From assembly GCF_963921235.1 (NCBI RefSeq), contig NC_086097.1, forward strand, positions 177,508,001-177,572,000: a stretch of DNA of 64,000 nucleotides. The letters run 5' to 3'. Shown here piece after piece: positions 23,771-37,670 of this stretch; the stretch's first letter is position 1, and every line of letters starts with the position of its first letter. The DNA is from Mobula hypostoma (Eukaryota). The notes beneath the pieces were generated by a model, which saw nothing but the letters and a program-made list of their open reading frames with translations, was not told the DNA's origin and did not search any database. A program made the position numbers and the translations under genes.

Positions 23771-26093
23771 TAGAAACATAGAAACCTAAAGCACAATACA
23801 GGCCCTCTTCGGCCCACAAAGCTGTGCCGGACATGTCCTTACCTTAGAACTACCTAGGCTATTTTTCTAAGCTCCATGTACCTATCCAGGAGTGTCTTGA
23901 AATACCCTATTGTTTCTGCCTCCACCGTCGCCAGCAGCCCATTCTACGCACTCACCACTCTCTGCGTTTATATATTTAAAAAAAAACAACTTACCCCTGT
24001 CATCTCCTCTGTACCTACTTGCAAGCACCTTAAAACTGTGCCCTCTCGTGATAGCCATTTCAGCCCTGGGAAAAACCCTCTGACTATCCACATGATCAAT
24101 GCCTCTCATTATCTTGTACACTTCTGTCAGGTCACCTCTCATCCTCCGTCGCTCCAAGGAGAAAAGGCAGAGTTCATTCTCGTAAGGTATGCTCCCCAAT
24201 CCAGGCAACGTTCTTGTAAATCTCCTCTGCACCTTTTCTATGGTTTCCACATCCTTCCTGTAGTGAGGCGACCAGAATTGAGCACAGTACTCCAAGTGGG
24301 GTCTGACCAGGGTCCTATATAGCTGCAACATTACCTCTCGGCTCCTAAACTCAATCGCACAGTTGATGAAGGCTAATGCACCATATGCCTTCTTAACCAC
24401 AGAGTCAACATGCGTAGCAGCTTTGAGTGTCCTGTGAACTCAGACCCCAAGATCCCTCTGATCCTCCACACTGCCAAGAGTCTTACCATTAATACTATAT
24501 TCTGCCATCATACTTGACCTACCAAAATGAACCACTTCACACTTATCTGGGTTGAACTCCATCTGCCACTTCTTAGCCTAGTTTTGCATCCTATCAATGT
24601 CTCATTGTAACCTCTGACAGCCCTCCACACTATCCACAACACTCCCCAACCTTTGTGTCATCCGCAAATATACTAACCCATCCCTCCAATTCCTCATCCA
24701 GGTCATTGATAAAAATCACAAAGAGTAGTGGTCCCAGAACAGATCCCTGAGGCATACCACTGGTCACCAACATCCATACAGAATATGACCCATCTACAAC
24801 CACTCTTTGCCTTCTGTGGGCAAGCCAGTTCTGGATCCACAAAGCAATGTCCCCTTGGATCCCATGCCTCTTTACTTTCTCAATAAGCCTTTCATGGGGT
24901 ACCTTATCAAGTGCCTTGCTGAAATCCATATACACTACATCTACCTTCATCAATGTGTTTAGTCAGATCCTCAAAAATTCAATCAGGCTCGTAAGGCACG
25001 ACCTGCCTTTGACAAAGCCATGCTGACTATTCCTAATCATATTATGCCTCTCCAAATGTTCATAAATCCTGCCTTTCAGGATCTTCTCCATCAACTTACC
25101 AACCACTGAAGTAAGACTCACTGGTCTATAATTTCCTGGGCTATCTCTACTCCTTTCTTGAATAATGGAACAACATCCACAACCCTCCAATCCTCCAGAA
25201 CCTCTCCCGTCCTCATTGACGCAAAGATCATCGCCAGAGGCTCAGCAATCTCCTCTCATGCTTCCTACAGTAGCTTGGTGTACATCCCATCTGGTGCTGG
25301 TGACTTATCTAACTTGGTGCTTTCTAAAAGCACCAGCACATCCTCTTCCTTAATATCTACATGCTCAAGCTTTTCAGTCCGCTGCAAGTCATCCCTACAA
25401 TCGCCAAGATCCTTTTCTGTAGTGAATACTGAAGCAAAGTATTCATTAAATACCTCTGTTATCTCTTCTGGTTCCATACACAGTTTTCCACTGTCACACT
25501 TGATTGGTCCTATTCTCATGTCTTATCGTCTTTCTCTTCACATACTTGTAGAATGCCTTGGGGTTTTCCTTAATCCTGTCCACCAAGGTCTTCTCATGGC
25601 CCCTTCTGGCTCTCCTAATTTCATTCTTAAGCTCCTTCCTGCTGGCCTTATAATCTTCTAGATCTCTATCATTACCTAGATTTTTGAACCTTTCGTAAGC
25701 TCCTCTTCTTGACTAGATTTACAACAGCCTTTGTACACCACGGTTCTGGTACCCTACCATCCTATCCCTGTCTCATTGGAACGTACCTATGCAGAACCCC
25801 ACGCAAATATCCAGTGAACATTTGCCACATTTCTTCCGTACATTTCCCTGAGAATATCTGTTTCTAATTTATGCTTCCAAGTCCTGCCTGATAAGGCATA
25901 TATTTCCCCTTACTCCAATTCAATGTTTCCCTAACTTGTCTGTTCCTATCCCTCTCCAATGCTATGGTAAAGGAGATAGAATTGTGATCACTATCACCAA
26001 AATGCTTTCCCACTGAGATATCTGACGCTTGACCAGGTTCATTTCCCAATACCGGATCAAGTACAGCCTCTCATCTTGCAGGCTTATCTACAT
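23771..26093 (-). mobile_element. CR1-like LINE, 2.3 kb of disrupted ORF2 including RT
   Basis: [97 protein letters not shown]. Confidence 0.92.
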
Positions 26094-27282
26094 AGGCTGG
26101 GGTTAAATAGATGGGTTGTTGGGTGGTGAGGCTCATTGGGCCGAAGGGGCCTCTTCCACACTATCTCTAAATAAACAAAGCTGACCAAGCTTAGAGCAGG
26201 TTTAATAATTTCATGTTTCTTAATTTCTAAGGTTCCAAGAACAAATACTACTTTTCCTAGGACACAGTGTTATGACACTTGTGCCAATCTGCAGGGCGTT
26301 TGGGAAATTGCTATTCATGTTGATCAATAACTTTGGAGGTGGGGAGACTGAAATATTCAAATAGAAATCCCTTGTGCAGGAAGAGGGCTGGTTTGTGTGA
26401 AGCTTTTAAAATATTAACACTCTGGCTTTAAGTCCTGTCACCCCGTTGAAATTTTATCCCTTGCTGGTGTAAGTCAGGGCAGGTCTGCTGAATTCTCTGT
26501 AAGAAAGGAGAAGGCAAATCTGCCTTCCCTAGTGTATACAAGTCTAATGCAGGGAGAGGCTGGTAATGCAGCTAATTCACATTGTTAGGTTGCTGGGATC
26601 AACTACATTCTCTCCACAATACTTGGAATTAATCGAACAAGGGTTTTGTTGTGTTGAGCAGGCAGCATTGTGTAAGATTTGCATTCTCTCCATCAAACCT
26701 CAGTGCCAAATGTAGATTGGTATTTAATTTTTGGTCACCAGAGTAATTTAGAGGTAATTGATTTAAACAAATGGACATAATCTTCAGATCGGAGCCAGGG
26801 TAGTCATGATGTCAGGGAGTGGGATTCTGGGAAACTCTTCTCCTAAACTTTGTGAGGCTGGAGGTCTGTTTAAAAATACAAAAACTGTAGTGGGTTAGGG
26901 GCAAGGATCGTAGACCAAGGCAGGTAGTTGGACTTAAAATTAGCCAAGGTCAGGGAAAGTTGTTTGAGTATGACGAAGAGAGATGAATAAATAGCAAAAT
27001 GGTAATGAGCAATTAATTGTCTTTGGTGCTTCCAGCAATAACTAGGCTGTGTGTGTGACCCTGTGGTGACACGTATCCTTGATATATACGGCTAAACTGA
27101 CCTTTCATTGTTCGCAGGGGAAATTTGATGCTGCTATAGATTTAAAGAAAAGCCTATGCCCCACAAGGGAGAGATGCTTGTCAGCAAGGTGGGGTTTTCA
27201 TTGGATGCGAACTCCCTCAGGGACCCTTCTGCTCATTAAGGGAAATTTCACAGGGACAGAACGTGGTGTTGGTGATCTCTCC

Positions 27283-27295
27283 GTTACCTAGCAAC
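27283..27295. promoter_or_regulatory. Candidate RFX X-box
   Basis: GTTACC-T-AGCAAC fits GTNRCC(N0-3)RGYAAC; in a repeat-poor intronic island; motif match only. Confidence 0.35.
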
Positions 27296-27849
27296 CAACA
27301 CCTGAGAGGTTCTGGCCCCGATAAGGAAGCAGCTGTAAGGCACCTCCTGGGCTCCTATCCAAGCTGGCAATCTCTGGTGTTACTGATACAGTATCTGCCC
27401 AGAGTCCATTCTGGGAACGTTAAAAGTGTTTATTAATGAACATACAAAGGACGAAACCTTAGACTGCGCTAAAATGGTGTGGGGGATGGGTGGGTGTTAT
27501 TGGCTCATTTTTGTTTGCTGTGTTATAATAAAGGGATGGTTCAAGCATTTGCCTTTTGAATTTGACAAACATCATATTTGGGTTTAAAAAAAACAGGTTT
27601 TAAATTTCTGCATTGAACTAGGTAGGAATTTGACAAGCACTTTGTGGAACAGTGTTGTCACTCTCAAGAGAAAGTGGTATTACTGCTTCATGACCTCATT
27701 CTTCTCTCAATGTGGGAGGCTGTTCAGCCCATTAAGTCAATGTCAGCTTTCAGAGCAATCATGTCAGTCCCAGTAGCCAATCTGGGCTGTCGTTTCATTG
27801 GTTTATTGTTTTCACATCAGTGTCTGGCTCTGCAACTCAAAATGGAAGC

Positions 27850-29720
27850 AGGCAGAGTGATGCCAAAGGGGATTTATTAAGGGGACAGAGAGGAGATTTT
27901 GTGAATGAGAGCGAGATTTTCGGGTGGTATGTTGCCTCCCAGGGTCAGGGACGACTTGGATCATGCCCATAGCGTTTTTAAGGAGGGTGAGCAGCCAGAG
28001 GTTGGGGTTCATATTGGTACCAATGATAGGCAGGGCGAGCGATGAAGTCCTGGAAAGTAAGTTCAGGGAGTTAAATGCTAAGTTAAAGGACAGCATCTCC
28101 AGGGTGATGATCTCTGGGTTGCTACCAGTGCCAAGTGCTCATGAGGCCAGGAATAGGAAGATAAACCAGTTTAACAAATGGCTAGGGAGATGATGCAGGA
28201 GGAAGGGCTTCAGATTTTTGGATCATTGTGCTCTCTCCCAGGGAATATGAGACCTCTAAAGATGGGGTGGTTTGTACTGAACTGGAGGAAGACCAGTATC
28301 CATGTGGGAAGGTTGACTTGTGCTGCTCCAGGGGGCTTAAAGTAGACTTGCATGGGGATGGGGGCCAGGGCAAATGATGGAGTGATTTTGGGGAAACACA
28401 ATGCCAAGCCTACATGCAAAGACAGGAATCGAAACATAGAGCATGGTGGGACTAATGTTGTGAGTTGCAAATGCAAGAAGTACTGTAGATAAGGCAGATG
28501 AGCTTATTGCATGGATCAGCATGGAATTGCGATATTGTAGCCATTAGTGAGACTTCATTGCAAGAGGGGCAGGACTGGCAGCCCACTCTTCTGGGGTTCT
28601 GTTGTTTTAGACAATATAGAAAGGGTAACAGTACTTGTCAGGGAAAATGCCATGGTCGTGCTCAGACTGGATAGACGGGAGAGCTTGTTCACTGAGTTTA
28701 TATGGGTGAAGCTGAGGAAGAAGAAAAGGATGACCATGTTAATGGGATTATGTTATAGGCCTCCTAGTAGTCGGTGGGATTTAGAGGAGCAAATTTATTA
28801 CAGAAGTAGCAGACAGTTGTGAGAAACATAAGGTTGTGATAGGTAATTTAAATTTTCCACATAGGTTCGTACTGTAAAAGAGCTGGATGGGATAGTTTCC
28901 TTTATCAATATGTAGAGGCCCCAACTAGAGAGGGTGCAATATTGAATCTCCTATGAGGGAATGAGACAGGGCAGCTGACAGAAGTATATATAGGGAACAG
29001 TTCGCATCATAAAGCCATTAGTTTTAAGGAAATTATGGAAAAGGATAGGTCTGGTCCTCGGGTTGAGATTATAAATGTGAAGACAACTTTGTTGCTATCA
29101 GGAAGGATCTGGTAGGTGTGGATTGGGATACATTGTTTTCTGGTAAAGGCATGCTCACTAAATAGGAGGCCTTCAAAACTGAAACTTTCTTTCATTTTTC
29201 AAAAGAGTACAGAGTTTGTATGTTCCTGTCAGAATAAAAGGCAAGGCTAACAGGTTTAGGCAACCTTGGTTTTCAAGAGATACTAAAGTCCTGGCTAAGG
29301 AGGAGGAGAAGCATAGTGGGTATAGGTGCCATGACGTACTTAAAAGATATAAGAAATGTAAGAGAACACTTCAAAGGGAAATCAGGAGGGCTAAAAGAAG
29401 ACATGAGGTTCCTCTGGCAGAGAGAGGGAAGGAAAATCTCAAGGCTTCTATAAGTATATTAAGAGCAAAGGGATGGCAAGGTACAAAATTGGCCCACCTT
29501 AAGATCAGCATGATCATCTATGAATGGAGCCCAAAACAGATGGGGGATATGTTAAACTGATTTTTGCACCTGTATTTACTTTGGAGATGGACACAGAATC
29601 TATAGAACTTAGACAAATTAATAGTGATGTCATGGACTGTATCCAGATTGTAGTATAGGAGATGTTTTGCAGTCCTGAGGCAAGTTAGGGTGGATAAGTC
29701 CCCAAGACCTGCCCACATCC
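27850..29720 (+). mobile_element. Degraded CR1-like LINE, 5' half (ORF1 esterase-like plus ORF2 endonuclease)
   Basis: RVVCCLPG, VHIGTNDIG, RVMISGLLPVP (SGNH-like ORF1); EFIWVKLR..MGLCYRPPSS, YVPVRIKGK..QPWFS (ORF2). Confidence 0.8.
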
Positions 29721-30722
29721 CAAAGACATAGTATGTTAATTGGTCACTGAGCAGTCACTTCATCATAGATTCGTAGTCCAAGATCATGGAAAAAAGGCTC
29801 TTTAGCCTGACTGATCCATGCTGAACAAGATGCCAATCTAAGCTGGTCCTATTTGGCCCAAATGCCTCAAATCCAAGTACCTTTTGAGTCTTATTGTACC
29901 AGCCTCAAGCACTTCCTCTGGCAGCTCATTTCATATACAGCCACCTTCTAAGTGGAAAAAGTTGCTCCTCAAGTTCTTATTATCTCCTTTCACCTCAAAC
30001 CTGTGCCTTCTATTCTTGATTCTCCAAGCCTAGGACAAAGCCAGTGCCCCTCATGATTATGTGCAGGTAAGTAGCTACACTAGGGGTTGAAACAAGGTTA
30101 AGTTGATAAGTGTAGGAGAGAGAAAGTTAAAAGTCTTCAGGAAAATGAGGGAACTGGACTGGTGTGATTACTCTTGACAAATAGCATAGATGATGGGCTA
30201 AATGGCCTTGCATAGCATAAATATTACTGCTCAGAAGGAGATTGTTTTGCCCATCAATTCCCTGGCAAACTCGTATTTTAATTAGGAAAAAGACAATATC
30301 AGAAACGAGAATCTACAGATGCTGGAAATTCAAGCAACACACTCAAAGTGCTGGAGGAACTCAGCAGGCCAGGCAGCATCTATGGAAATAAAGTATAGTG
30401 ATGTTTCTGGCCGAAACCCTTTTAAGTCTTACTGTACCAGCCTCAACAATATCAGAATCAGGTTTACAATCATTGATATTTGAAAATTAAATTTTTGTTG
30501 TTTTGTGGCAGAAATACAGGAAATAGAAATTACTGTTCTCAAGCTAGGTAGAGCAAAAGAGGGTTAGTGATGTAGTATTAATGGGTTCATGGACCATTCA
30601 GAAATCTGATGGTGGAGGGGAAGAAGATTTTCCAGAATCACTGAGTGTGGGTCTGACCTTTTAAAATTCTTTTGGCATTCAATCCCAATCCTCATCCCTG
30701 GCACTCCCTTTCTCTTTTCCAG

Positions 30723-30860
30723 AAAGTTCCACAGTACACGTTGATAATTCAAGCAACAGACATGGAGGGAAGTCCGATGTATGGCCTTTCCAACACCGCT
30801 ACCGCTATCATCACCGTCCTAGACGTCAACGACAATCCACCAGAGTTTACTGCTGCTACT
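30723..30860 (+). CDS. cdh2: N-cadherin exon (exon 8 equivalent), EC2/EC3 linker
   Basis: ccag|AAA...ACT|gtaagt, 138 nt; [46 protein letters not shown]. Confidence 0.97.
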
Positions 30861-31286
30861 GTAAGTATTGTGCCCCTTGCACTTTCCTGCCCTCCTTCTC
30901 CACTACCCCCTTTTACTTGTTTCTTTCCATACTCACAACCCTCATTTTGGCTCTTTTGTTTCCCTTTAAACCAACTCTCCCTTTCTCTACCATTCCCCTC
31001 TCTCTCTCCCTGTTGTAGATTTGAATGAATATTCCATCTAGAGCTGTGTACACTTACAGTTGAAGTCAGAAGTTTACATACACCTTAGCCAAACACATTT
31101 AAACTCAGTTTTTCATAATTCCTGACGTTTAATCCTAGAAAACATTCCCTGCCTTAGGTCAGTTAGGATCACTACTTTATTTTAAGAATGTGAAATGTCA
31201 GAATAATAGTAGAAGAATGATTTATTTCAGCTTTTATTTCTTTCATCACTTTCCCAGTGGGTCAGAAGTTTACATCCACTTTGTTA

Positions 31287-31799
<513 letters not shown>

Positions 31800-31928
31800 T
31801 CAAACATAACAATGGTCATTATGGCCAAACAGTTCAATTTTTGCTTCATCAGACCAGAGGACATTTCTCCAAAAAATAAGATCTTTGTCCCCATGTGCGC
31901 TTGCAAACTGTAGTCTGGCTTTTTTTAT

Positions 31929-32744
31929 CTCCCTCCCGGCACCTAACCTTGTAAGCGGAACAAGTGCTACACTCGCCCTTACACTTCCTCCCTCACCACC
32001 ATTCAGGGCTCCAGACAGTCCTTCCAGGTGGGGTGACACTTCACCTGTGAGTCAGCTGGTGTGATATACTGCATCCGGCGTTCCCTGTGCAGCCTACTAT
32101 ATATTGGTGAGACACCACGCAGACTGGGAGACCGTTCTGCTGAACACCTACGCTCTGTCCACCAGAGAAAGCAGGATCTCCCAGTGGCCACACATTTTAA
32201 TTCCACATCCCATTCCCATTTTGACATGTCTATCCACGGCCTCCTCTACTGTCAAGATGAAGCCACACCCAGGTTGGAGGAACAACACCTTATATTTCAT
32301 CTGGGTAGCCTCCAACCTGATGGTATGAACATTGACTTCTCTAACTTCCGTTAATGCCCCTCCTCCCCTTCTTACCCCATCCATTATTTATTATTTTTTC
32401 CCTTTTTCTCTTTATCTCTCTGTCCCTCTCACTATAACTCCTTGCCTGCTCTCCATCCTCTGGGCTCCCCTTCCCCTTTCTTTTTCCCCAGGCTTCCCAT
32501 CCCATGATCCTCTCCCTTCGCCAGCCTTGTATCCCTTTTGCCAATCAACTTTCCAGCTCTTGGCTCCATCCCTCCCCCTCCTATCTTCTATCATTTTGGA
32601 TCTCCCCCTCCCCCCTCCTACTTTCAAATCTCTTACTATCTCTTCTTTCAGTTAGTCCTGACGAAGGGTCTCGGCCTGATACGTCGACTGTACCTCTTCC
32701 AATAGATGCTGCCTGGCCTGCTGTGTTCCACCAGCATTTTGTGT
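31929..32744 (+). mobile_element. 5'-truncated Penelope-like element nested in the Tc1
   Basis: VIYCIRRSLCSLLYIGETPRRLGDR GIY-YIG; pLTR with hammerhead remnant; TSD GTCTGGC(T6-7)AT at 31913-31928 and 32745-32759. Confidence 0.88.
32654..32690 (+). ncRNA. Hammerhead ribozyme motif with a core mutation (probably inactive)
   Basis: AGTC-CTGACGA-AGGGTCTCGGCCT-GATAC-GTC-GACT; GAAAC changed to GATAC. Confidence 0.6.
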
Positions 32745-32874
32745 GTCTGGCTTTTTTATGGCAGTTTTGGAGCAGTGGCTTCTTCCTTGCTGAACAGCCT
32801 TTCAGGTTATGTCAATATGGGACTAGTTTTACTGTAGATATAGATACTTGTCTACCTGTTTTCTCAGCATCTTC

Positions 32875-33953
32875 CTAAGTACTATACTTTCTTCCTTTCC
32901 AATGCTTCCTCCTACATATATTTTAGATTCGATAATTAACCTTAATCCATGTCAGAAAGGTGCATCGGCTATGATTTATAATATTATTATGAAACTTAGG
33001 AAAGCTCCATTTGATAAGATTAGGGTAGATTGGGAACAGGAATTGGGGCTTACCATTTCTGTGGATGATTGGGGGCAGATTTTACAATTAGTTAATACTT
33101 CCTCTATTTGTGCTAAACATTCCCTAATTCAATTTAAAGTGGTTCATAGAGCACATATGTCCAAAGATAAGTTAGCGCGTTTTTACTCGCATATTAATCC
33201 TTTCTGTGATAGATGTTCGGGGCAGATAGCCTCTTTAACTCATATGTTTTGGTCTTGCCCTACTTTGGAAACTTTTTGGAGAGATATTTTCAATATTATT
33301 TCTAAGGTATTAAATATAGATATCTCTCCTCACCCTATTACTGCTATCTTTGGACTACCTAAAATTTCTAGTAATCTTTCCCCTTCAGCCCGTAGAATGA
33401 TTGCATTTCTTACTTTAATGGCGAAAAGATGTATTTTACAACATTGGAAAGAGCTTAATGCTCCAACTACCTTTTTTTGGTTTTCTCAGACGATTTTATG
33501 CTTGAATTTGGAGAAAATTAGAAGTAACCTTTATGATTCTTCATTTAAATTTGAACAGATTTGGGGACCCTTTATTCGATATTTTCATTTAATGTAATAT
33601 TTACCCTTGTTTTTTTTTTCACTGTTTTTAATGGAGGTCGGGATTGAGGACGTGATTTTAAGTTTAACTCTGTTTGGTTTCAAGTTAGCCCATTGCTTTG
33701 CCTTGCTTTTAGTTAGCTGCACGGTGGGGTTTTTTTGGGGTTTTTTTTTTTCTTTTTTTTTCCATTGATATATATAAAATTTAGTATACTATTATGTTAT
33801 CTTGGTTTCTTATGTTTAAATTACATTGTTTGTAGTATTTTTTTTTGGTATTGATATCTTTTGGAATTTTATTATACTTTAACATTGTATTAATGTTTAT
33901 ATGGCTTACCTTTTTTGTATACTTACTCAATAAAAAGATTTAAAAAGAAAGAA
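32875..33953 (+). mobile_element. 5'-truncated L1-clade LINE nested in the Tc1
   Basis: Open ORF2 C-terminus to 33597 with QFKVVHRAH and CDRC..HMFWSC (CCHC); AATAAA 33929-33934 then A/GAAA tail; TSD AGCATCTTC at 32866-32874 and 33954-33962. Confidence 0.9.
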
Positions 33954-34779
33954 AGCATCTTCACAAGGTCCTTTGGTGTTCTGGGATTGATTTGCACTTT
34001 TCGCGCCAAAGTACGTTCCATCCCTAGGAGAGAGAGTGTGCCTCCTTCCTGAGCGGTATGATGGCTCCGTGGTCCCATGGTGTTTATACTTGCGTGTCTG
34101 TACAGATGAACGTGGTACCTGCAGGCGTTTGGAAATTGCTCCCAAGGATGAACCAGACTTGTGGAGGTCCACAATTTTTTTTTTCTGAGGTCTTGGCTGA
34201 TTTCTTTTGATTTTGTTTGTAAACTTCTGACCCACTGGAATTGTGATACAATCAATTAAAAGTGAAATAATCTGTCTGTAAACAAATGTTGGAAAAATTA
34301 CTGATGTCATGCACAAAGTAGATGTTCTCAATTGTCTTGCCAAAACTATAGTTTGCTAATAAACAATCAATGGAGTGGTTAAACAATGAGTTTTAATGAC
34401 TTCAACCTAAGTGTATGTAAACTTCTGACTTCAACGGTATAATCAGCCTACTGTAGGAAAGACATCAGTAATCTGGAAAGCGTGCAGAGAAGATTTATCA
34501 GGATGCTGCCAGAATGCGAGCCTGAGTTAAAGGGAGAGATTGGACTTTGTTCCTTGGAGCATAAGAGAATGAGGGACGACCTTGTGGAGATTTGTAAAAT
34601 CATGAAGGCTATAAATAGGGTGAGCTCACATGGTCTTTGTCCCAGGAAAGGGGGGCTAAAAACAAGGTTGCATAGCTTTATGGTGAGAGGTGAAATATTT
34701 GATTGGGACATACGAGCTCAGTCTTTTTAACAGGGCAGTGGAGTTCAAAACTAGGGTGCCTAGATTTAAAGTGAGCGGA

Positions 34780-37285
34780 ACATTAGAAATAGGAGCAGGA
34801 GTAGGCCATTTGGCCTGTCAAGCCTGCTCCGCCATTCAGTAAGATCATGGTTGATCTGACCATGGACTCATTTCCACCTAGCTGCCTTTTCCCCATAACC
34901 CTTAATTCCCGTAATATGCAAAAATCTATCCAACCTTGTCTTAGATATATTTACTGAGGTAGCTTCCACAGATTCACCACTCTTTGGGAAAAGCAGTTCC
35001 TCTCTATCTCCATCTTAAACTTACTCCCCTAAATCTTAAGGCTACGTTCCCTAGTTTCGGTCTCACCTCCAGTGGAAACTACTTTCCTGCCTCCATCGTA
35101 TTTACCCCTTTCATAATTGCTGCATAACCTCCCTGCTCTTAAATTCAATCCCCCCTAGCAATGAAGGCCAACGTTCCATTGACCTTCTTGATAGCTTGCT
35201 GCACCTGCAAACCAACCAGACTGTTTGGGATTCATGCACAAGCACTCCCAAGTCCCTCTGCACAGCAACATGCTGCAATTTTTTTTTACCATTTAAATAA
35301 TAATTTGCTTTTTCATTTTTCCTTCCAAAGTGGATGACCTCACATTTACCAGCATTGTACTCCATCTGCCAGACACTTGCCCAGTTACTTAACCTATCTA
35401 TGTCTCTCTGCAGACTCTCCATATCTTCTGCACAATTTGCTGTTCCACTCAATTTAGTATCATCAGCAAACTTAGATACTACACTCAGTCCCCTCTCCAG
35501 ATCATTATTGTGTATCGTGAACAGTTGTGGGCTTAGCTCCAACCCCTGTGGCACACCGCTCACCTCTGATTGCCAACCAGCATGACACCCATGTATCCCA
35601 ACTCTCTGCTTTCTATTGGTTAATCAATGCTAATACCTCACCACCAACTCTATGCATGGATAAATCTTTTTTATGGCATCTTATTGAACACTTTCTGGAA
35701 ATCCAAGTAAATAACATCCACCTGTTACTCTCTATCTACTGCACTTGTTATATCCTCAACGAGCTCCAATAAGTTTGTCAAACGACCTGCCTTTGCTGAG
35801 TCCATGTTGCATCTGCCTGATGAATCTATTTCTTTCTAGATGCCTCACTGTTTCTTCTTTAAAGCTAGCTTCAAGTATTTTCCCAACTACAGATGTTAAA
35901 CTAACTAGCCTATAGTTACCTGCCTTTTGCCTACATCCTTTTTTGAACAGTGCCATGACATTCGCCGTCTTTCAATCCGCCAGGCCCTGCACAAAGTCCA
36001 GAGAATTTTGGTAAAGCTTTTACTAAAACCTCTGCCATTCCTTTCAATACCCTGGGATGCATTCCAACAGAACTGGGGGACTTGACTATCTTCAGGCCGA
36101 CAATTTTGCTCAGCACTACCTCCTTAGTGATAGCTATTGTATCGAGATCCTCACCTCCCATTGTATCTATAACATCCCTCTTCGGCATGTTAGATGTGTT
36201 CTCCACCATGAAAACCAACACACAATAGACATTCAAACCCTCAGCCATTTCCTTATTATCTAATATCAATCCCCCTTTCTCATCCTCAAAGGGACGTATG
36301 TTCACTTTGGCCATCCTTTTCTGTTTTATATTCTTATAAAAACTTTTACTATCCGTTGTTATATTTTGTGCTAGTTTGTTTTCATAATCTATCTTCCCTT
36401 TCTTTATTGCTCGCTTAATAGTTTGTTTTTTAAAGTTTTCCCAATCTTCCCATTTCCCACTGCTCTTGGTGACTTTGTATGCACAAGCTTTTAGTTTGAT
36501 GCCTGCCTTTAATTATTTAGTTATCCAAGGCTGGCTCTCCCCACCCTTACTGTCCTTGCTTTTAACTGGAATATACTTTTGTTATGGACCATGAAAAATC
36601 TCTTTGAAAGTCTTCCACTGTTCCTCAACCTTCCCACCATATAGCCTGTCTTCCCAGTCGACCCTAGCCAACTCCTCCTGCATCCCATTATAGTCTCCCT
36701 TATTTAGGCATAATAAACCCTCCATTCGTATGAGAAGCTCAATCATACTGTGATCACTCTTTTCATAAGGATCCCTAACTACAAGATTGCTAATTTTACC
36801 TAATTCATTGCACAGGACTAGATCCAAGATAGCATGTTGCCTTGTAGCTTCAGTAACATGCTGTTCAAGAAAGTTATCATGTGTGCATTCTACGAAGTCC
36901 TCTTCAAGACTGCCTCGACCAACTTGATTCACCCAATCTAAGTGCAAGTTAATGTCCCCCACAATAACTGCTGTTCCATTCTTACATGCCTCAGATATTT
37001 CTCGGTTTATTGCCTGTGCCACTGTAATGTTACTATTTGGTGGCCGATAGACAATTTCCCCCTACTGATATTCTTTCCCTTTACTATTCCTGATCTCTGC
37101 CCAGATGGATTCACCATTCTGCTCCTTAGATCTTATATTGTCACTCACTATCGCCCTGAGCTCATCCTTAATTAAAAGCGCTACCCCACCTCCCTTGCTT
37201 TCCTGCCTGTCCTTCTGTATTACCTGATATCCCTGGATATTTCATTCCCAATCCTCCCTCCCCACCCTGCAACCATGTTTCTGGT
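34780..37285 (-). mobile_element. CR1-like LINE, 2.5 kb of disrupted ORF2, inserted in an older + strand CR1 fragment (34440-34780, 37285-37390)
   Basis: VIVGDINL, AILDLVLCN, KSDHSMIE, GNYRLVSLTSVVGKILE, SGVPQGLELSPQLF, SKFADDTKL. Confidence 0.88.
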
Positions 37286-37656
37286 TCAGAGGGATATTGT
37301 CCTAACACAGGCAAATCTAGTTGGCAATCTTGGTTGACGTGAACAATTTAGGCCGAAGGGCATGTTTTTGTGCTGTATGTCTATGACTTTAAGACTAAGT
37401 GTAGCAAGAGCAGGGAAACAACAGCTCGAAAGGCAGGACAGCCTCCGGAATGATGGGCTTCTTCCAGTTCCTGGAGAAGTAAATTCATGATGTTGGCTTT
37501 TGTAGTCTCACCCCAGGCTTTTTTCTAGTGATTCAATCCACTTCGTTTTACCCATTTCTGTGCACTGTTTTGAACACACATTGACTCTGATGTGACTGCT
37601 TCTATTAAATTGTTAGAGCATACAAGAGTTTGTTGTGCAAGTGAAGTGCTGCTTCT

Positions 37657-37670
37657 GTTTCCACGGTAAC
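37657..37670. promoter_or_regulatory. Candidate RFX X-box
   Basis: GTTTCCACGGTAAC, 14-bp imperfect palindrome; repeat-poor context; motif match only. Confidence 0.35.

Noticed and set aside
30061..30072. Recursive splice site CAG|GTAAGT in the 16.6-kb intron
   Set aside because: No convincing polypyrimidine tract upstream, and it lies at the edge of a CR1 remnant
32848..33597. 249-aa ORF as a domesticated gene
   Set aside because: 5'-truncated L1 ORF2 with TSD and tail; its start lies in Tc1 sequence and is a non-ATG codon
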